The notes: a model not told the origin generated them from the letters alone. Counted from the stretch's first letter, positions 53,011-63,170 are shown. The stretch: 64,000 bases of DNA from Acidobacteriota bacterium (GCA_963666055.2 CAXWPH010000007.1:32001-96000), one strand, 5' to 3'. Translations and numbers: made by a program.

Positions 53011-55487
53011 TCCCTTTTCGATCCGCTCGATGCCCCAGCAGGCAGGGCGTCGTCGCGCAGCTTGGCGACGAAGAAGCCTTCGCTCATCGAGGTCATCACG
53101 ACGATACCGCTGCCGAAGTAGGGGTAGTTACTCCATGAGCCACCCATTCCCTGGCCGTCCTCACCAAATGGCACGGTATCTATGTAGCCGATCTCCTTGA
53201 TCGCTTCCGGTTCGGAGATATCGAACACTCGCAATCCGGAATCGTAGTTCGACTGATACATCACGTTGCCGACCACATAGAGGTTGTGGTCGACCGCGGG
53301 GTTGTCGGAGACGTACTCGGAGGCAACGATCGGGTCTTCTAGATCCTGCACATCCCAGACGATCGTTCGCGTGCCTTCCACGAGGCCCATCATCTCATCG
53401 CCTTCGTCGTTCATGTAGAAGTAGCGGTGATCGTCGGTGAGCCATCCCTGGTGGCTGTAGGAAACGTTCGGATAACTCGACATGCCGATGGCCTGCGGGT
53501 CGCGCTTGTCGCTGACATCAGCAATCGACAACGCTGTTTCGTTGGAGCCGAAGCAGATCTCTCGGCCCACATAGCGCTCGTCGGGACCGTGGTATGTCAC
53601 GCACTGCGCGTCGTGGGAGTAACCGGTACCGCGCTGCCCGGTGCTTATGTCCTGGAAGCAGCCTGCGAAGACTGGCTGCTTCGGGTCCTCGATGTTCACC
53701 ATGTGCAGGCCGCCGCCGCACGTCTCGCCACCGCCACTGGCACCGACGATGAACGCGAAGGCGGTCTCTTCGTTGATGACGATGTTGTGCGCCGAGCTCA
53801 TGTCTGTGTAGAGCACGTCCTCGGTGAAGGTAATCGGATCGCCGTCGAACTCGCGCAACCGCTTCAAGTCGAAAACCTGCATGCCGTGCTCACCGGCACC
53901 ATCGGAAACGATGAACGCGTGGTCGGCGTAAACCTTGATGTCACGCCAGACGCTGGTGCCGGATCCGTCCGTCCTCGGCAGCTTGCCCACGTACACCGGG
54001 TTGTACGGATCCGTGACGTCAACGAACGAGGCGGCGTTGCTGAGGCCGACGATGGCGATGTCGCGGCCGGTGTCGGGGTCCGTCCATCCCCAGATATCGT
54101 TGGTGACGACGCCACGGCCACCGCCGATCTCGTGGGTTGGCAAGAAGGCCAGCAGGTCGACGCCGGCGCACTCGAAATGGCCCGCCTGCCCGGAATCGCA
54201 TAGCGCCGCGCCACCGGTAATACGCTCCAGCGCCTTGATCTCCGAGAGCACCGTGGTGCGATCCCAACCGCCGTAGGTGCGGGTCAGAATCATCGCTTGG
54301 CCAGCACCGAAGTCGACGTTGGGAACGCCGGCAACGATGACGTCGCCAGCCACTGCCATCGAGGCGGCGAAACGGGATCGCGGACCGAACGCACCGGTAC
54401 CGATCTTGGAGACTTCCGACCAGTTTCCGGCACCGTCGTCGGTGTAGCGGAAAATAACCCCAGAGCCGTTGTTGGCCCGCGGCGCCGCCACGTAGACATC
54501 ATCGTCCTGGACAGCGATCGCGGCGCCGAAACCGAACGCCGTTCCTTCGAACGGAAACATGCTCGCGGCGCGCCTGAACTCGGCGTTCTCGGCGTCGTAC
54601 TGGAAGCGCCGCACAGAACCGAGTTGACCCACACCAACAGCGCCCACGAGCAACTCGGAGCCCTTGATCGCCAACGATGAGCCAAAGCGATCGTTCTCCT
54701 CCGAGAAATCCCCCAGCGTCGTCATCTGCTCCCAGCCGTCGTCGCCGTTGCGAAACACGTACGCGAGCCCGGCACGCTTGTTGGCATTGGGAGCACCCAC
54801 CACCGCCCACTCGCCGCTGATCAATACGGCGGAGCCGAAGCGCTCGGGCGCCGGGGGCTCGCCCTCATCGTTGTCCTCGCCATCCTCCCCCCTATCGACG
54901 GGCTCGTCGTCGGCCTCGCCATGGGGAGCGCCGCGTTCCTCCCCCGCTCCGTGCTCGACCTCCGGCCGCATCCCCGCCAGCCGCGCCACCTGAACCCACT
55001 GGTAGTCCTGCATTTCAAATACGACAGCCGCTCCCCAGCCGTCGGCGGCGGCGGGAGCGCCGACCAGCAACCACGTTCCATCGCGCGACATGGAAGCGCC
55101 AAACCGGTCGCTGTCGAGCCCGCCCGAGGTCATCAGCGTGCCGATCTCGTTCCACGAGCGTCCGTCGCGATGAAACATGTACACGGCGCCGTTCTCGTCG
55201 GTAACCGCGCTGACCAACAACTGCTCCCCATCAACAGAGATGGCGCTGCCGAAGCCGTCGCCGTCCGTAGCGTCCGAGGCCGCGAGGGCTGCCACCTCGG
55301 TCCAGTCGCTGCCATCTCGGCGATACACATAAACGTACCCAGAGCTCGCCTGGTTGCCGGCCTCGCCGACAAACACCTGGTCGTCGCCGATGGCGACGAC
55401 CCGACCAAAGCCGACCTGCGCGTGAGCAGGTGTGGCGAACAAGACGAGCAGGATCAGGACCGAGAGGCCTCGCAGGGGGTTCTTCAC
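53007..55487 (-). CDS. Choice-of-anchor B family protein with N-terminal FG-GAP repeats (paralog 2)
   Basis: Same motif series as 49432-51849, plus an acidic low-complexity insert. Confidence 0.9.
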   Translation of the reverse strand: MKNPLRGLSVLILLVLFATPAHAQVGFGRVVAIGDDQVFVGEAGNQASSGYVYVYRRDGSDWTEVAALAASDATDGDGFGSAISVDGEQLLVSAVTDENGAVYMFHRDGRSWNEIGTLMTSGGLDSDRFGASMSRDGTWLLVGAPAAADGWGAAVVFEMQDYQWVQVARLAGMRPEVEHGAGEERGAPHGEADDEPVDRGEDGEDNDEGEPPAPERFGSAVLISGEWAVVGAPNANKRAGLAYVFRNGDDGWEQMTTLGDFSEENDRFGSSLAIKGSELLVGAVGVGQLGSVRRFQYDAENAEFRRAASMFPFEGTAFGFGAAIAVQDDDVYVAAPRANNGSGVIFRYTDDGAGNWSEVSKIGTGAFGPRSRFAASMAVAGDVIVAGVPNVDFGAGQAMILTRTYGGWDRTTVLSEIKALERITGGAALCDSGQAGHFECAGVDLLAFLPTHEIGGGRGVVTNDIWGWTDPDTGRDIAIVGLSNAASFVDVTDPYNPVYVGKLPRTDGSGTSVWRDIKVYADHAFIVSDGAGEHGMQVFDLKRLREFDGDPITFTEDVLYTDMSSAHNIVINEETAFAFIVGASGGGETCGGGLHMVNIEDPKQPVFAGCFQDISTGQRGTGYSHDAQCVTYHGPDERYVGREICFGSNETALSIADVSDKRDPQAIGMSSYPNVSYSHQGWLTDDHRYFYMNDEGDEMMGLVEGTRTIVWDVQDLEDPIVASEYVSDNPAVDHNLYVVGNVMYQSNYDSGLRVFDISEPEAIKEIGYIDTVPFGEDGQGMGGSWSNYPYFGSGIVVMTSMSEGFFVAKLRDDALPAGASSGSKRE

Positions 55488-55546
55488 GCTTCACCTCGTG
55501 GGAGACCCGTCTGCGGCGGCGCATGGTGCTTGCGGGCAGGGGCCTT

Positions 55547-56207
55547 CTAGAGCAGGGAGATATCAGCAGTGTCGCCAACAGCGTCGCATGGATCAAGTTC
55601 GCCACTGCGGCGACCGCGCTCAGTGCTCTTCCTGCCCCGCCATCGCACCACCTCCGGAGCATCGTACCCGGCCATGCGTTCCAGCAGTCGGTCCGAATCC
55701 TCGTCGACGATGAGCTGCTCGCGCCGCTCAGACTCGACGAAGCCTTCGCCGACCGCGTGGTCGAGCATCGCCAAGAGCCGGTCATAGTAGCCAGCGACGT
55801 TCAACAGAGCTACGGGCTTGCGGTGCATCCCGAGTTGCGCCCAGGCGCTGATCTCCAACAGCTCCTCGAACGTCCCGATACCGCCGGGCAACGCGACGAA
55901 CCCGGACGACAGCCTCTGACATCAGATGCTTGCGCTCGTGCATCGAATCGACCACGAGAAGCTCGCTCAAGGACTGGTGGCCGACCTCGCGTACCTGCAA
56001 CCCGTAGGGGATAATCCCGGTGACCCGGCCTCCGGCCGCCAGCACGGAGTCGGCAATGACGCCCATCAGACCGACGCTACCGCCGCCGTACACCAGTCCC
56101 AGCCCGCGCCCGACGAGCGCCGTGCCGAGTGCAGCGGCGGCGGCCGCATAGGCGGGTCGAACACCGTGCCGAGACCCACAGAAGACGCAATACGACAGCT
56201 CGGCCAT
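55547..56207 (-). CDS. LOG family (TIGR00730-like) phosphoribohydrolase; frameshift near 55914
   Basis: [24 protein letters not shown], then next frame [21 protein letters not shown]; one extra G. Confidence 0.9.
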
Positions 56208-56253
56208 GTTACTCAGGCTCGCATCGTCAGGCAGCGCGCCATCGACCAGGGCA

Positions 56254-56538
56254 TCAGCCGCCCGCTTGGAGGTGGGCGGCACGGCGCTCCCAACGCACCC
56301 GGGCTTTGGCGCGCTCTTGTTCACGCGACTTCGGGGGCACCGTCGTAACGAGGCTCGCCAGCAGCCGCTGCGAGACGGCGGCAACATCCTCTACGGCCTG
56401 CTCGAACGCCGCGTGGTTGGTGCGCGACGGGGCGCGCATGCCGCTGATCTTACGTACGTATTGCAACGCCGAGGCTCGAACCTCGGCGTCGGTAGCCACA
56501 GGCTTGAAATTGAACAGCGGACGGATGTTTCGACACAC
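56254..56538 (-). CDS. DUF2277 family protein
   Basis: [37 protein letters not shown]; GGAGG upstream. Confidence 0.85.
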   Translation of the reverse strand: MCRNIRPLFNFKPVATDAEVRASALQYVRKISGMRAPSRTNHAAFEQAVEDVAAVSQRLLASLVTTVPPKSREQERAKARVRWERRAAHLQAGG

Positions 56539-56708
56539 GAGCGAATCCTCCTGGATCTGGCCATGTCGAGCGGCCGGCGGCGACATTCTGGCACGCCAGC
56601 CCACCAGATCCATTCGGAACTGACGGTTCTCGTCGGCTATGATCCAGGAAACTGAATCGTCGATTCATGAATTCGTACTTGGTCGACCGCTGCCGAGCAA
56701 GGAAACAT

Positions 56709-56904
56709 CCGGCAGTATCGGGTACGCCAGCCATCGCCCCAGGCCGCTCCCCTTTACGTCCATGATCGGGACCGGGCTGGCGTCCTCGATACCGCCGGGT
56801 ATTCATTCGCTCGGGTGACACCGGGCACGCCAACCTCAGCCCCAGGCCGCTCCCCATTACGTCCATGATCGGGACCGGGCTGGCGTCCTCGCTGTCACCT
56901 GAGC
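56709..56904. repeat. Tandem pair of ~90-96-nt structured units (candidate ncRNA)
   Basis: 53-nt cores at 56736-56788 and 56839-56891 differ by one base; each sits in a long hairpin whose outer arms differ between copies but still pair. Confidence 0.8.
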
Positions 56905-57051
56905 TCTTGCCCGGTAATAAGAAGCAAGCGGCGTGCCAAAGTGACCCGTCTCATCTGTAGCACCCAGCCGGCTTGGCGGTGCGCAGACGCGTACAAGGGC
57001 GTGCATGTTGTCCGATTCTGGGAAATCGTCGTTCCAGAACCGAACGACGCG

Positions 57052-57879
57052 CTACGGCTCGGCAGCCTCGGCAGCCTCGGCGGCCTCGGCGGCCGCGGCA
57101 GGATCGGCGGTGTAGGGATCGTCTTCCACGACCCAGCCGTCCAGCAAGTTGATGATCCGGTCGCTGTATCCGGCGCTCATCTCGGAGTGGGTGACCTGCA
57201 CGATGGTCGTTCCCTCCTCCTCGCTGAGGCGCGTGAACAGCTCCATGATCTCCTTGCCCTGCGCGGTGTGCAGGTTGCCCGTCGGCTCGTCTGCCAGGAG
57301 CACCTTGGGTTTGCCGATGATGGCGCGAGCAACGCCTACCAGCTGCTGCTGACCGCCAGACAGCTGGCTTGGGTAGAGGTCTTTCTTGCCGACAATATTG
57401 AATCGATCGAGGGTGTCCGCCACCATGCTCTTGCGCTGCGTACGCTTGACGTTTCGGTACGACAGCGGCACGTCGAGATTCTCGTAGACGGTCATGCTGT
57501 CGATCAGGTGGTAGCTCTGGAAGACGAAGCCGATGTATTCGCGATTAAGGCGGTTACGCTCCTTCGAGCTCAAGTCGTGAACCGGATAGTCGAGGAAGTA
57601 GTACTCGCCTTCCCATGACCCGTCGAGCATTCCGATGATGCTCAACAGAGTCGACTTACCGGCCCCGGACGGGCCCATGATGGTAACGAACTCGCCCTGC
57701 CGGATGTCTGCGTTGATACGGCGCAGCACGTATGTGCGGCCGAATCCCGACTTGTACCACTTCTCCAGGCCGCGCAGCCGAATGATCGGTGAGTTCGGGT
57801 CACGGTCCGCGAGCGGATCCGTGCCACGGTCCTCCGTGCCCCCCAGAAGGTCACGCGCTTTCCACATATCCCTCAGCAT
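57052..57879 (-). CDS. ABC transporter ATP-binding protein (MacB/LolD-like), with no adjacent permease
   Basis: GPSGAGKS, GFVFQSYHL, LSGGQQQ, LADEPTGNL, VTH. Confidence 0.95.
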   Translation of the reverse strand: MLRDMWKARDLLGGTEDRGTDPLADRDPNSPIIRLRGLEKWYKSGFGRTYVLRRINADIRQGEFVTIMGPSGAGKSTLLSIIGMLDGSWEGEYYFLDYPVHDLSSKERNRLNREYIGFVFQSYHLIDSMTVYENLDVPLSYRNVKRTQRKSMVADTLDRFNIVGKKDLYPSQLSGGQQQLVGVARAIIGKPKVLLADEPTGNLHTAQGKEIMELFTRLSEEEGTTIVQVTHSEMSAGYSDRIINLLDGWVVEDDPYTADPAAAAEAAEAAEAAEP

Positions 57880-57915
57880 CGTGCAATAGGCTTGCCATTC
57901 CTCGGCAGCCTATCG

Positions 57916-59574
57916 CTAATCGAGCCCCAATACCTCCAGTCCTTGGCGGTAGATGATATCGACCGGGATGGAGCGCTCGCCAAGCCGATCGAGGGCGGCC
58001 TGCAAACCGGGCCCTATCACCCCGGCTTCCGACCAGTATGCCGCCGTGCCGTCATAGTCCCCATCGCCCTGCAGGCGTAGCAGCTTCTCCGACAGCCCAG
58101 CGACGGCCTCCTGAGCACGGTCGAAGTCGATCGAGTAGGTACCGGTGGCCTCGTCAAACACGAACGCCTGCTGGTCGCGGAAGTAGTTGAAACGCGCCAA
58201 ATTGGCGCGCCCGTGCGCGCTCGTGAGCCCGAAGCGGATCGAACGAAAGATCGAGGCGAAGAACGTCACGTAGTTGTCCATCAGATCGGCATCGCCGAGA
58301 TCGCCGCTGGCGCTCAGCTCGTTGAGCATATGCAGACCGAGGATGTCCGCCTTCCCTTCCTCCACCCACGACGCGTGCTCGGCCAGCGCCAGCCTCACCG
58401 TGCCGCCACCGTCGATGGTGTTCTTGATGCCGAGGCCATGCGCCACCTCGTGAAACATCGTATTGGCAAAGAAGGCGTCGAACGTGACGTGACCACGCTG
58501 CTCCGCCGAGATCAGCTCCGCTGCGATCGGAACGAGGATAGCGTCGAACTTGGCACGCATGCCGTTCTTGATCTGAATCCGGCGCGTACCCTTCTGCAGC
58601 TGGACGACCTCGTCGTTGGGCAGGTTCACGGCAATCGACTTGGCGCCGGCGTTGGCGTCTCCGCCAGCATAGACCAGATCGTAGGCGTTGAGCTGGGCGT
58701 CGCTGCCGGGTTCTTCCGCCTTGTAGGCATCGGGCACAGGCAAGGTGCGTTGTAACGACGGCAGCAGGCTGGCGTAGCGAGCCAGGCGATCGCTCCACTC
58801 CCGGTCCTTGATGAAGATCAATGCCTCGAACGCCGCCTTGGCACCCAGGAACTGGTCCTCGTACACCTCGATCGGACCGATGACGACCTCGATGGTGTTG
58901 CCGGTCATGTCCATCCAGGCCAGGTCACTAGCGCGATAGTCGTCGTTCAACAGGGCATCGGCGCGAAGCTCCAGATAGTTCTTCAACCCCGGGTCGTCGG
59001 CCAGCGCCGCCGCTTCACGTAGCTTGCCGGCGACGCGTCCCACCGGATCGGCAAACACCTCGTGGTATGGCTTGGCGATCAGCCCGCCGGCGTCGTCGCG
59101 TCGTACCACGGTGTACAGCGCTCGAAGCTCCGCGTCGCCCGCCGCTTCGATCTCCTCACGCGTGATGTCGGCAGGGTAGAGGTTGGCACCAGCAGGCTTC
59201 GCGCCCACGCCGTCTACAAACGACGTGTTGGCGTCCAGTCGATCCCAGGGACCGAAGTTAGCCTCGGCGAATCGTCGCTCCGCAGGGGTGTCGAGTGATT
59301 CGAGCAGCTCGGCACGGTCGCCGTAGGCCTGCATCCAGAAGATCTCGTCCACCGCCTGCGCGGCGTCGATCAGTAGCCGGAGGATGGCTCGCTGGTTGTC
59401 GCTCAAACCTGACAGGTCCGGCTCGAGGCTGACCTCGATGTACTTGGCGAGGCCAAGCTCCGCGGCGCTCGTCGGTGCGTCCGCGAGCTCCGCGGGACCA
59501 TCGGCAGGGGCACAGGCGCCACTGGCCAACGTGACCATCAGGGCAAGGGTCGCTGTCGCTACGCGCACATTCAT
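57916..59574 (-). CDS. Peptidase M49 (DPP III-like) lipoprotein
   Basis: Lipobox SGAC; IGPIEVYED, NLPNDE, FHEVAHGLG, EEGKADILG. Confidence 0.88.
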   Translation of the reverse strand: MNVRVATATLALMVTLASGACAPADGPAELADAPTSAAELGLAKYIEVSLEPDLSGLSDNQRAILRLLIDAAQAVDEIFWMQAYGDRAELLESLDTPAERRFAEANFGPWDRLDANTSFVDGVGAKPAGANLYPADITREEIEAAGDAELRALYTVVRRDDAGGLIAKPYHEVFADPVGRVAGKLREAAALADDPGLKNYLELRADALLNDDYRASDLAWMDMTGNTIEVVIGPIEVYEDQFLGAKAAFEALIFIKDREWSDRLARYASLLPSLQRTLPVPDAYKAEEPGSDAQLNAYDLVYAGGDANAGAKSIAVNLPNDEVVQLQKGTRRIQIKNGMRAKFDAILVPIAAELISAEQRGHVTFDAFFANTMFHEVAHGLGIKNTIDGGGTVRLALAEHASWVEEGKADILGLHMLNELSASGDLGDADLMDNYVTFFASIFRSIRFGLTSAHGRANLARFNYFRDQQAFVFDEATGTYSIDFDRAQEAVAGLSEKLLRLQGDGDYDGTAAYWSEAGVIGPGLQAALDRLGERSIPVDIIYRQGLEVLGLD

Positions 59575-59584
59575 GGCCTCCTCG

Positions 59585-60898
59585 TCAATCGTCCTCGTAC
59601 AGGTGCCCACGCGTCGCCGCGCAACGTCCATAGAGAGCACCCGGCAGCGACTCCACCAGCTCGGTGACCATCGACCGATTGCGGAGATCGGCGTCCGGCC
59701 TCGTATCGGTCAGCACACGCACGTAGTTGCCGGTCAATCCGCTCCAGCGCTTGCCGTCACCGAACGGCTCGCTGGACTCCCACAGGACCTGCGCCTTGCT
59801 GCCCAGCATGCCCCGGCGAAAGCTCGTTTCCAGATCGGCACCGAGCATGTGGAACCGCCGGCTTCGGCCCTGCGCAGTGGCCGGATCAACCTGATCGGCC
59901 ATGTGCGCGGCCGCGGTGCCTGCCCGCGGCGAGTAGCGGAATACGTGCAACCGCGAGAAGGCCATCGACTCGACGAACTCGATCGACTCCTCGAACTCCT
60001 CCTCAGTCTCCCCGGGAAACCCGACGATGACATCGGTGCTGACGGCCAGATCCGGAATCATGGCGTTGGCCGCCGCAACCAAGGCCGCAAACTCGACCTG
60101 GCTGGTGCGCCGCGACATGCGCCGTAACGTGGCATCGCAGCCGCTCTGCAGTGGCAGATGCAAGTGCGGCTGCAGGCGGCTGTCGCTCCACAGGTCGAAG
60201 AGTTCGGGGCGCATGTCCCAGGGCTCGAGCGACGATAGCCTTACACGCGGAATATCGGTGCGGTCGAGGATCGCCGCGACGAGATGCTCGAGACCGTGTC
60301 GATCGTCACGATCGTGTCCGTACGAGCCCAGATGCACCCCGGTCAGCACCGCCTCTCGGTAGCCGATCTCTGCCAGGTGTCGGACCTGGGCGATTACCGA
60401 CTCGAGCGACCGGCTCCGGCTATTGCCGCGCGCCACCGTGACGATGCAGAAGGTGCAGCGGTTGTCACAGCCATCCTGCACCTTGACAAAGGCGCGCGTC
60501 CGGCCATGAGGCACAGCGAACGGCGCCGCGTCAGCGTCGCCGATCGGGTCAGCGTCGTGTAGCAGCCCGGCGGCAGCAAGCTCGTCGGCGAGCTCGTCCT
60601 TGTGGTGATTCCCAACCACCATGTCGACGCCGAGCCGCTCGACCTCTGCCGCCGACAGCTCGGCGTAGCAGCCGGTCGCCACGATGCTGGCATGAGGATG
60701 ATCGCGCCGTATCTGACGCAAGATCTTGCGCGATTTGCGCGCCGCCACATGAGTGACGGCGCAGGTGTTGAAGACGAACAGGTCGGCGTCGTCACCCGGG
60801 CCCACGATGCGGTGGCCGTGTCCGGCCAACACCAACGCCAGCTCCTCCATCTCACCGATATTGAGTCGGCAGCCGATCGAATCGAGGCGAACGCGCAC
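59585..60898 (-). CDS. mtaB: tRNA t6A37 methylthiotransferase (MtaB-like radical SAM)
   Basis: GCRLN, NTCAVT, TGC, KVQDGCDNRCTFC, LTGVHLGSYG, HLPLQSG, DVIVGFPGET, HVFRYSPR.GT. Confidence 0.93.
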   Translation of the reverse strand: MRVRLDSIGCRLNIGEMEELALVLAGHGHRIVGPGDDADLFVFNTCAVTHVAARKSRKILRQIRRDHPHASIVATGCYAELSAAEVERLGVDMVVGNHHKDELADELAAAGLLHDADPIGDADAAPFAVPHGRTRAFVKVQDGCDNRCTFCIVTVARGNSRSRSLESVIAQVRHLAEIGYREAVLTGVHLGSYGHDRDDRHGLEHLVAAILDRTDIPRVRLSSLEPWDMRPELFDLWSDSRLQPHLHLPLQSGCDATLRRMSRRTSQVEFAALVAAANAMIPDLAVSTDVIVGFPGETEEEFEESIEFVESMAFSRLHVFRYSPRAGTAAAHMADQVDPATAQGRSRRFHMLGADLETSFRRGMLGSKAQVLWESSEPFGDGKRWSGLTGNYVRVLTDTRPDADLRNRSMVTELVESLPGALYGRCAATRGHLYEDD

Positions 60899-61080
60899 GT
60901 TTAACTCTCCGCCTGTGAGGCGAGCTGGACAAGCAGCTCCGCGTAGATGTGGAGATCATCTGCGGAAGGTGCCGAAACGGTTGTGATTCTACCAAGCGGC
61001 GGCCGTCAAAGCCGGTTGAGGACAGGACGGCAAGCAGCCACACGGGGTGGCGCCGGCGTCCCTGTCCTGGGGGGACGTTG

Positions 61081-61347
61081 ATGGCTCATTCGCTGCGCAA
61101 CCCGATCCTGTGCTGCACCGCTTTGCTACTCATCGGGGGCGCCTTTGTACCCCGCTCGACCGCCGCGCCCTGCGTCGCAGAGCTCCGCTCCTGTATGAAC
61201 CACGTTCAGGAATATCTCTGGGACGACATCATGGAGCTCGATTGGGAGCTCATCCGGGACGCCAACGTGATGGCGTGGGACTGCAGCATCGATGTATACG
61301 ACCACATCATGCTCGGCAGCCACCACGCGTGCCCGTGCGCCGCCTAG
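61081..61347 (+). CDS. Small secreted Cys-rich protein (88 aa)
   Basis: GGGGGA upstream; hydrophobic leader; mature part PCVAELRSC..WDCS..ACPCAA. Confidence 0.65.
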   Translation: MAHSLRNPILCCTALLLIGGAFVPRSTAAPCVAELRSCMNHVQEYLWDDIMELDWELIRDANVMAWDCSIDVYDHIMLGSHHACPCAA

Positions 61348-61415
61348 GCTGGCGCGGCGGCTTTGCGTGGTCGTCCCGGAAGCGCTCGGGAGGGCTTTCT
61401 CTCCCGGGCGTCCTG

Positions 61416-62468
61416 GTGTGGCTGGGCCTCTGGAATCTGGGCTTGCTCAGCACCTGCCAGCGGCCTCCTGTACCGGCCGAATGGACGTTGGAGGCCGAGG
61501 AGATCAGCACGCTCGGGAAGGCCGGCGTTGATGCTGACGCGGCGTTCTCGAATCCAGCCGCCTTGGGATTCGATGCCCTGGGCCGAATCTACGTGCTCGA
61601 CAGCGGCAACCATCGGGTGCAGGTATTCTCACCTTCCGGGGAGCTCGTCGCATCGCGGGGCAGGCAAGGTGACGGGCGCGGCGAGATGAGCCGCCCCGAG
61701 GGGATGTGGGTGTATCCGAACGGCGAGATCCTGATTGCGGATACAGGAAACCGACGCCTCGCGCGCTTCGGTGCCGCGGCCGAGCCGCTCGACGCGATTC
61801 CCGTCGACTACCTGCCACTCGAGGTGGTCGGAACGGCAGAGCACATCTTCGTGCTACGCCTGCCCCCGGCGTCGTTCATGTTCGGCCCCGAAGCCGAGCC
61901 TTTGGTGAGCGTGCTGGATCGCGATGGCAAGCTCCTCGATAACCTCGTGCCGCCGCAGCGAAACGACGTCGGAATCCTCTATTTTCTGCTCAACACTCGA
62001 CGCCTTGCGCCGGCGCCTGGCGGCGGGTTCGCGCTGGCACATACCCACGTAATCAGCCAGGTGCAGACATACGATCGACTCGGATCAAGAACCGGAACGA
62101 TCGACGTGCTTTACAAGGCCGCCATCTGGGCACCCCTGGGGAGCCTGCCGAGGTACATTAGCGACCAGAGTCTTGATCATGTGGCGCGAACCGCTTCCGA
62201 CGTTTCCTGGGACGAGGCCCGCGGCCTCTATTGGGTGCTAGCCGGGTACGTCGATCGTACCGCCGAGGGCACCTGGACGATCGGCACCGAGTTGTATCGC
62301 TACGACACCTCCGGCGCCTACCGCGGCTCGGTGATGCTCCCCTACTCCGCACGCGTCGTGGCTGCCGCCCCTGATCGCACGGTCTGGGTGATCGACGACG
62401 AGGGCGTCTTGCACCAGTTCCGCCTGCGCGACCCGGACCTCGCCCCGCCAAGCGGAGCCAATCGATGA
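61416..62468 (+). CDS. 6-bladed (NHL-like) beta-propeller protein, probably a lipoprotein
   Basis: LLSTC lipobox; GRIYVLDSGNHRVQVFS..GRQGDGRGE..P; IADTGNRR; start uncertain. Confidence 0.8.
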   Translation: MWLGLWNLGLLSTCQRPPVPAEWTLEAEEISTLGKAGVDADAAFSNPAALGFDALGRIYVLDSGNHRVQVFSPSGELVASRGRQGDGRGEMSRPEGMWVYPNGEILIADTGNRRLARFGAAAEPLDAIPVDYLPLEVVGTAEHIFVLRLPPASFMFGPEAEPLVSVLDRDGKLLDNLVPPQRNDVGILYFLLNTRRLAPAPGGGFALAHTHVISQVQTYDRLGSRTGTIDVLYKAAIWAPLGSLPRYISDQSLDHVARTASDVSWDEARGLYWVLAGYVDRTAEGTWTIGTELYRYDTSGAYRGSVMLPYSARVVAAAPDRTVWVIDDEGVLHQFRLRDPDLAPPSGANR

Positions 62469-62496
62469 TCCGACGTCGATCGGCGAGCCGCCGAGA

Positions 62497-63069
62497 CTAT
62501 CGGCGGCGGCGGAAACGCCACATCGTGGTGCCGTACTCATCGCCCTGCGTAAAGACGAGCATGTCGAAGCTCGCCACCTCGTAGCGGAAAGTGTACCGCC
62601 GCACCGTCGACAGATCGTCGAACGCCCACCAACGACCTTCGACCTCGAGAACACGGCCGCGCTCCGTCCATCGGGCGCGCTCACGCACCTCGGCGCCACC
62701 GCGCTGAAATTCGCTGATCGACCCCGCCCAGCGATACGTTTGCACGTTTCGCTGTCCATTCTCGGGTCGAAACTCGAAAACGATCCGATCGGTCTGCTGG
62801 TCGATCTGGTAGACCACCTCACGCTGGCGCCACACCTCGACCATCGGATCGCTCGATGCGCTGTCGAACACCCACTCACCGGTCATGTCCACGACGGGTA
62901 CGTCTGAGATCCAGGGTGTCCACTCGAGCGACGGCTGGTCGGGCGGTGTGGCCTCCTGCTGGATGGCCGCGATGGAGGTCATCGACTGGGGACACAGCGT
63001 GAGGCCAACCAAGACGGCAAACCCGACGATACGCGCGTCGACACGTTGGCCACGTCGATAACGAGCCAC
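62497..63069 (-). CDS. Hypothetical exported beta-rich protein
   Basis: Hydrophobic N-terminus; DMTGEWVFD..SD beta-barrel-like pattern; start uncertain. Confidence 0.55.
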   Translation of the reverse strand: MARYRRGQRVDARIVGFAVLVGLTLCPQSMTSIAAIQQEATPPDQPSLEWTPWISDVPVVDMTGEWVFDSASSDPMVEVWRQREVVYQIDQQTDRIVFEFRPENGQRNVQTYRWAGSISEFQRGGAEVRERARWTERGRVLEVEGRWWAFDDLSTVRRYTFRYEVASFDMLVFTQGDEYGTTMWRFRRRR

Positions 63070-63098
63070 TTCGACACCACCGGCGTGGGCGAACGAGG

Positions 63099-63170
63099 AG
63101 GCGGCGGGCGGGATCGAACCGCCGAATCGCGGTTTTGCAGACCGCTGCCTTACCACTTGGCTACGCCGCC
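63099..63170 (-). tRNA. tRNA-Cys(GCA); CCA not fully encoded
   Basis: GGCGGCGTAGCCAAGTGGTAAGGCAGCGGTCTGCAAAACCGCGATTCGGCGGTTCGATCCCGCCCGCCGCCT. Confidence 0.95.

Noticed and set aside
57055-57095. 9-bp tandem repeat encoding AEAAEAAEAAEP
   Set aside because: Short low-complexity in-frame tail of the ABC ATPase; no sign of regulatory function.
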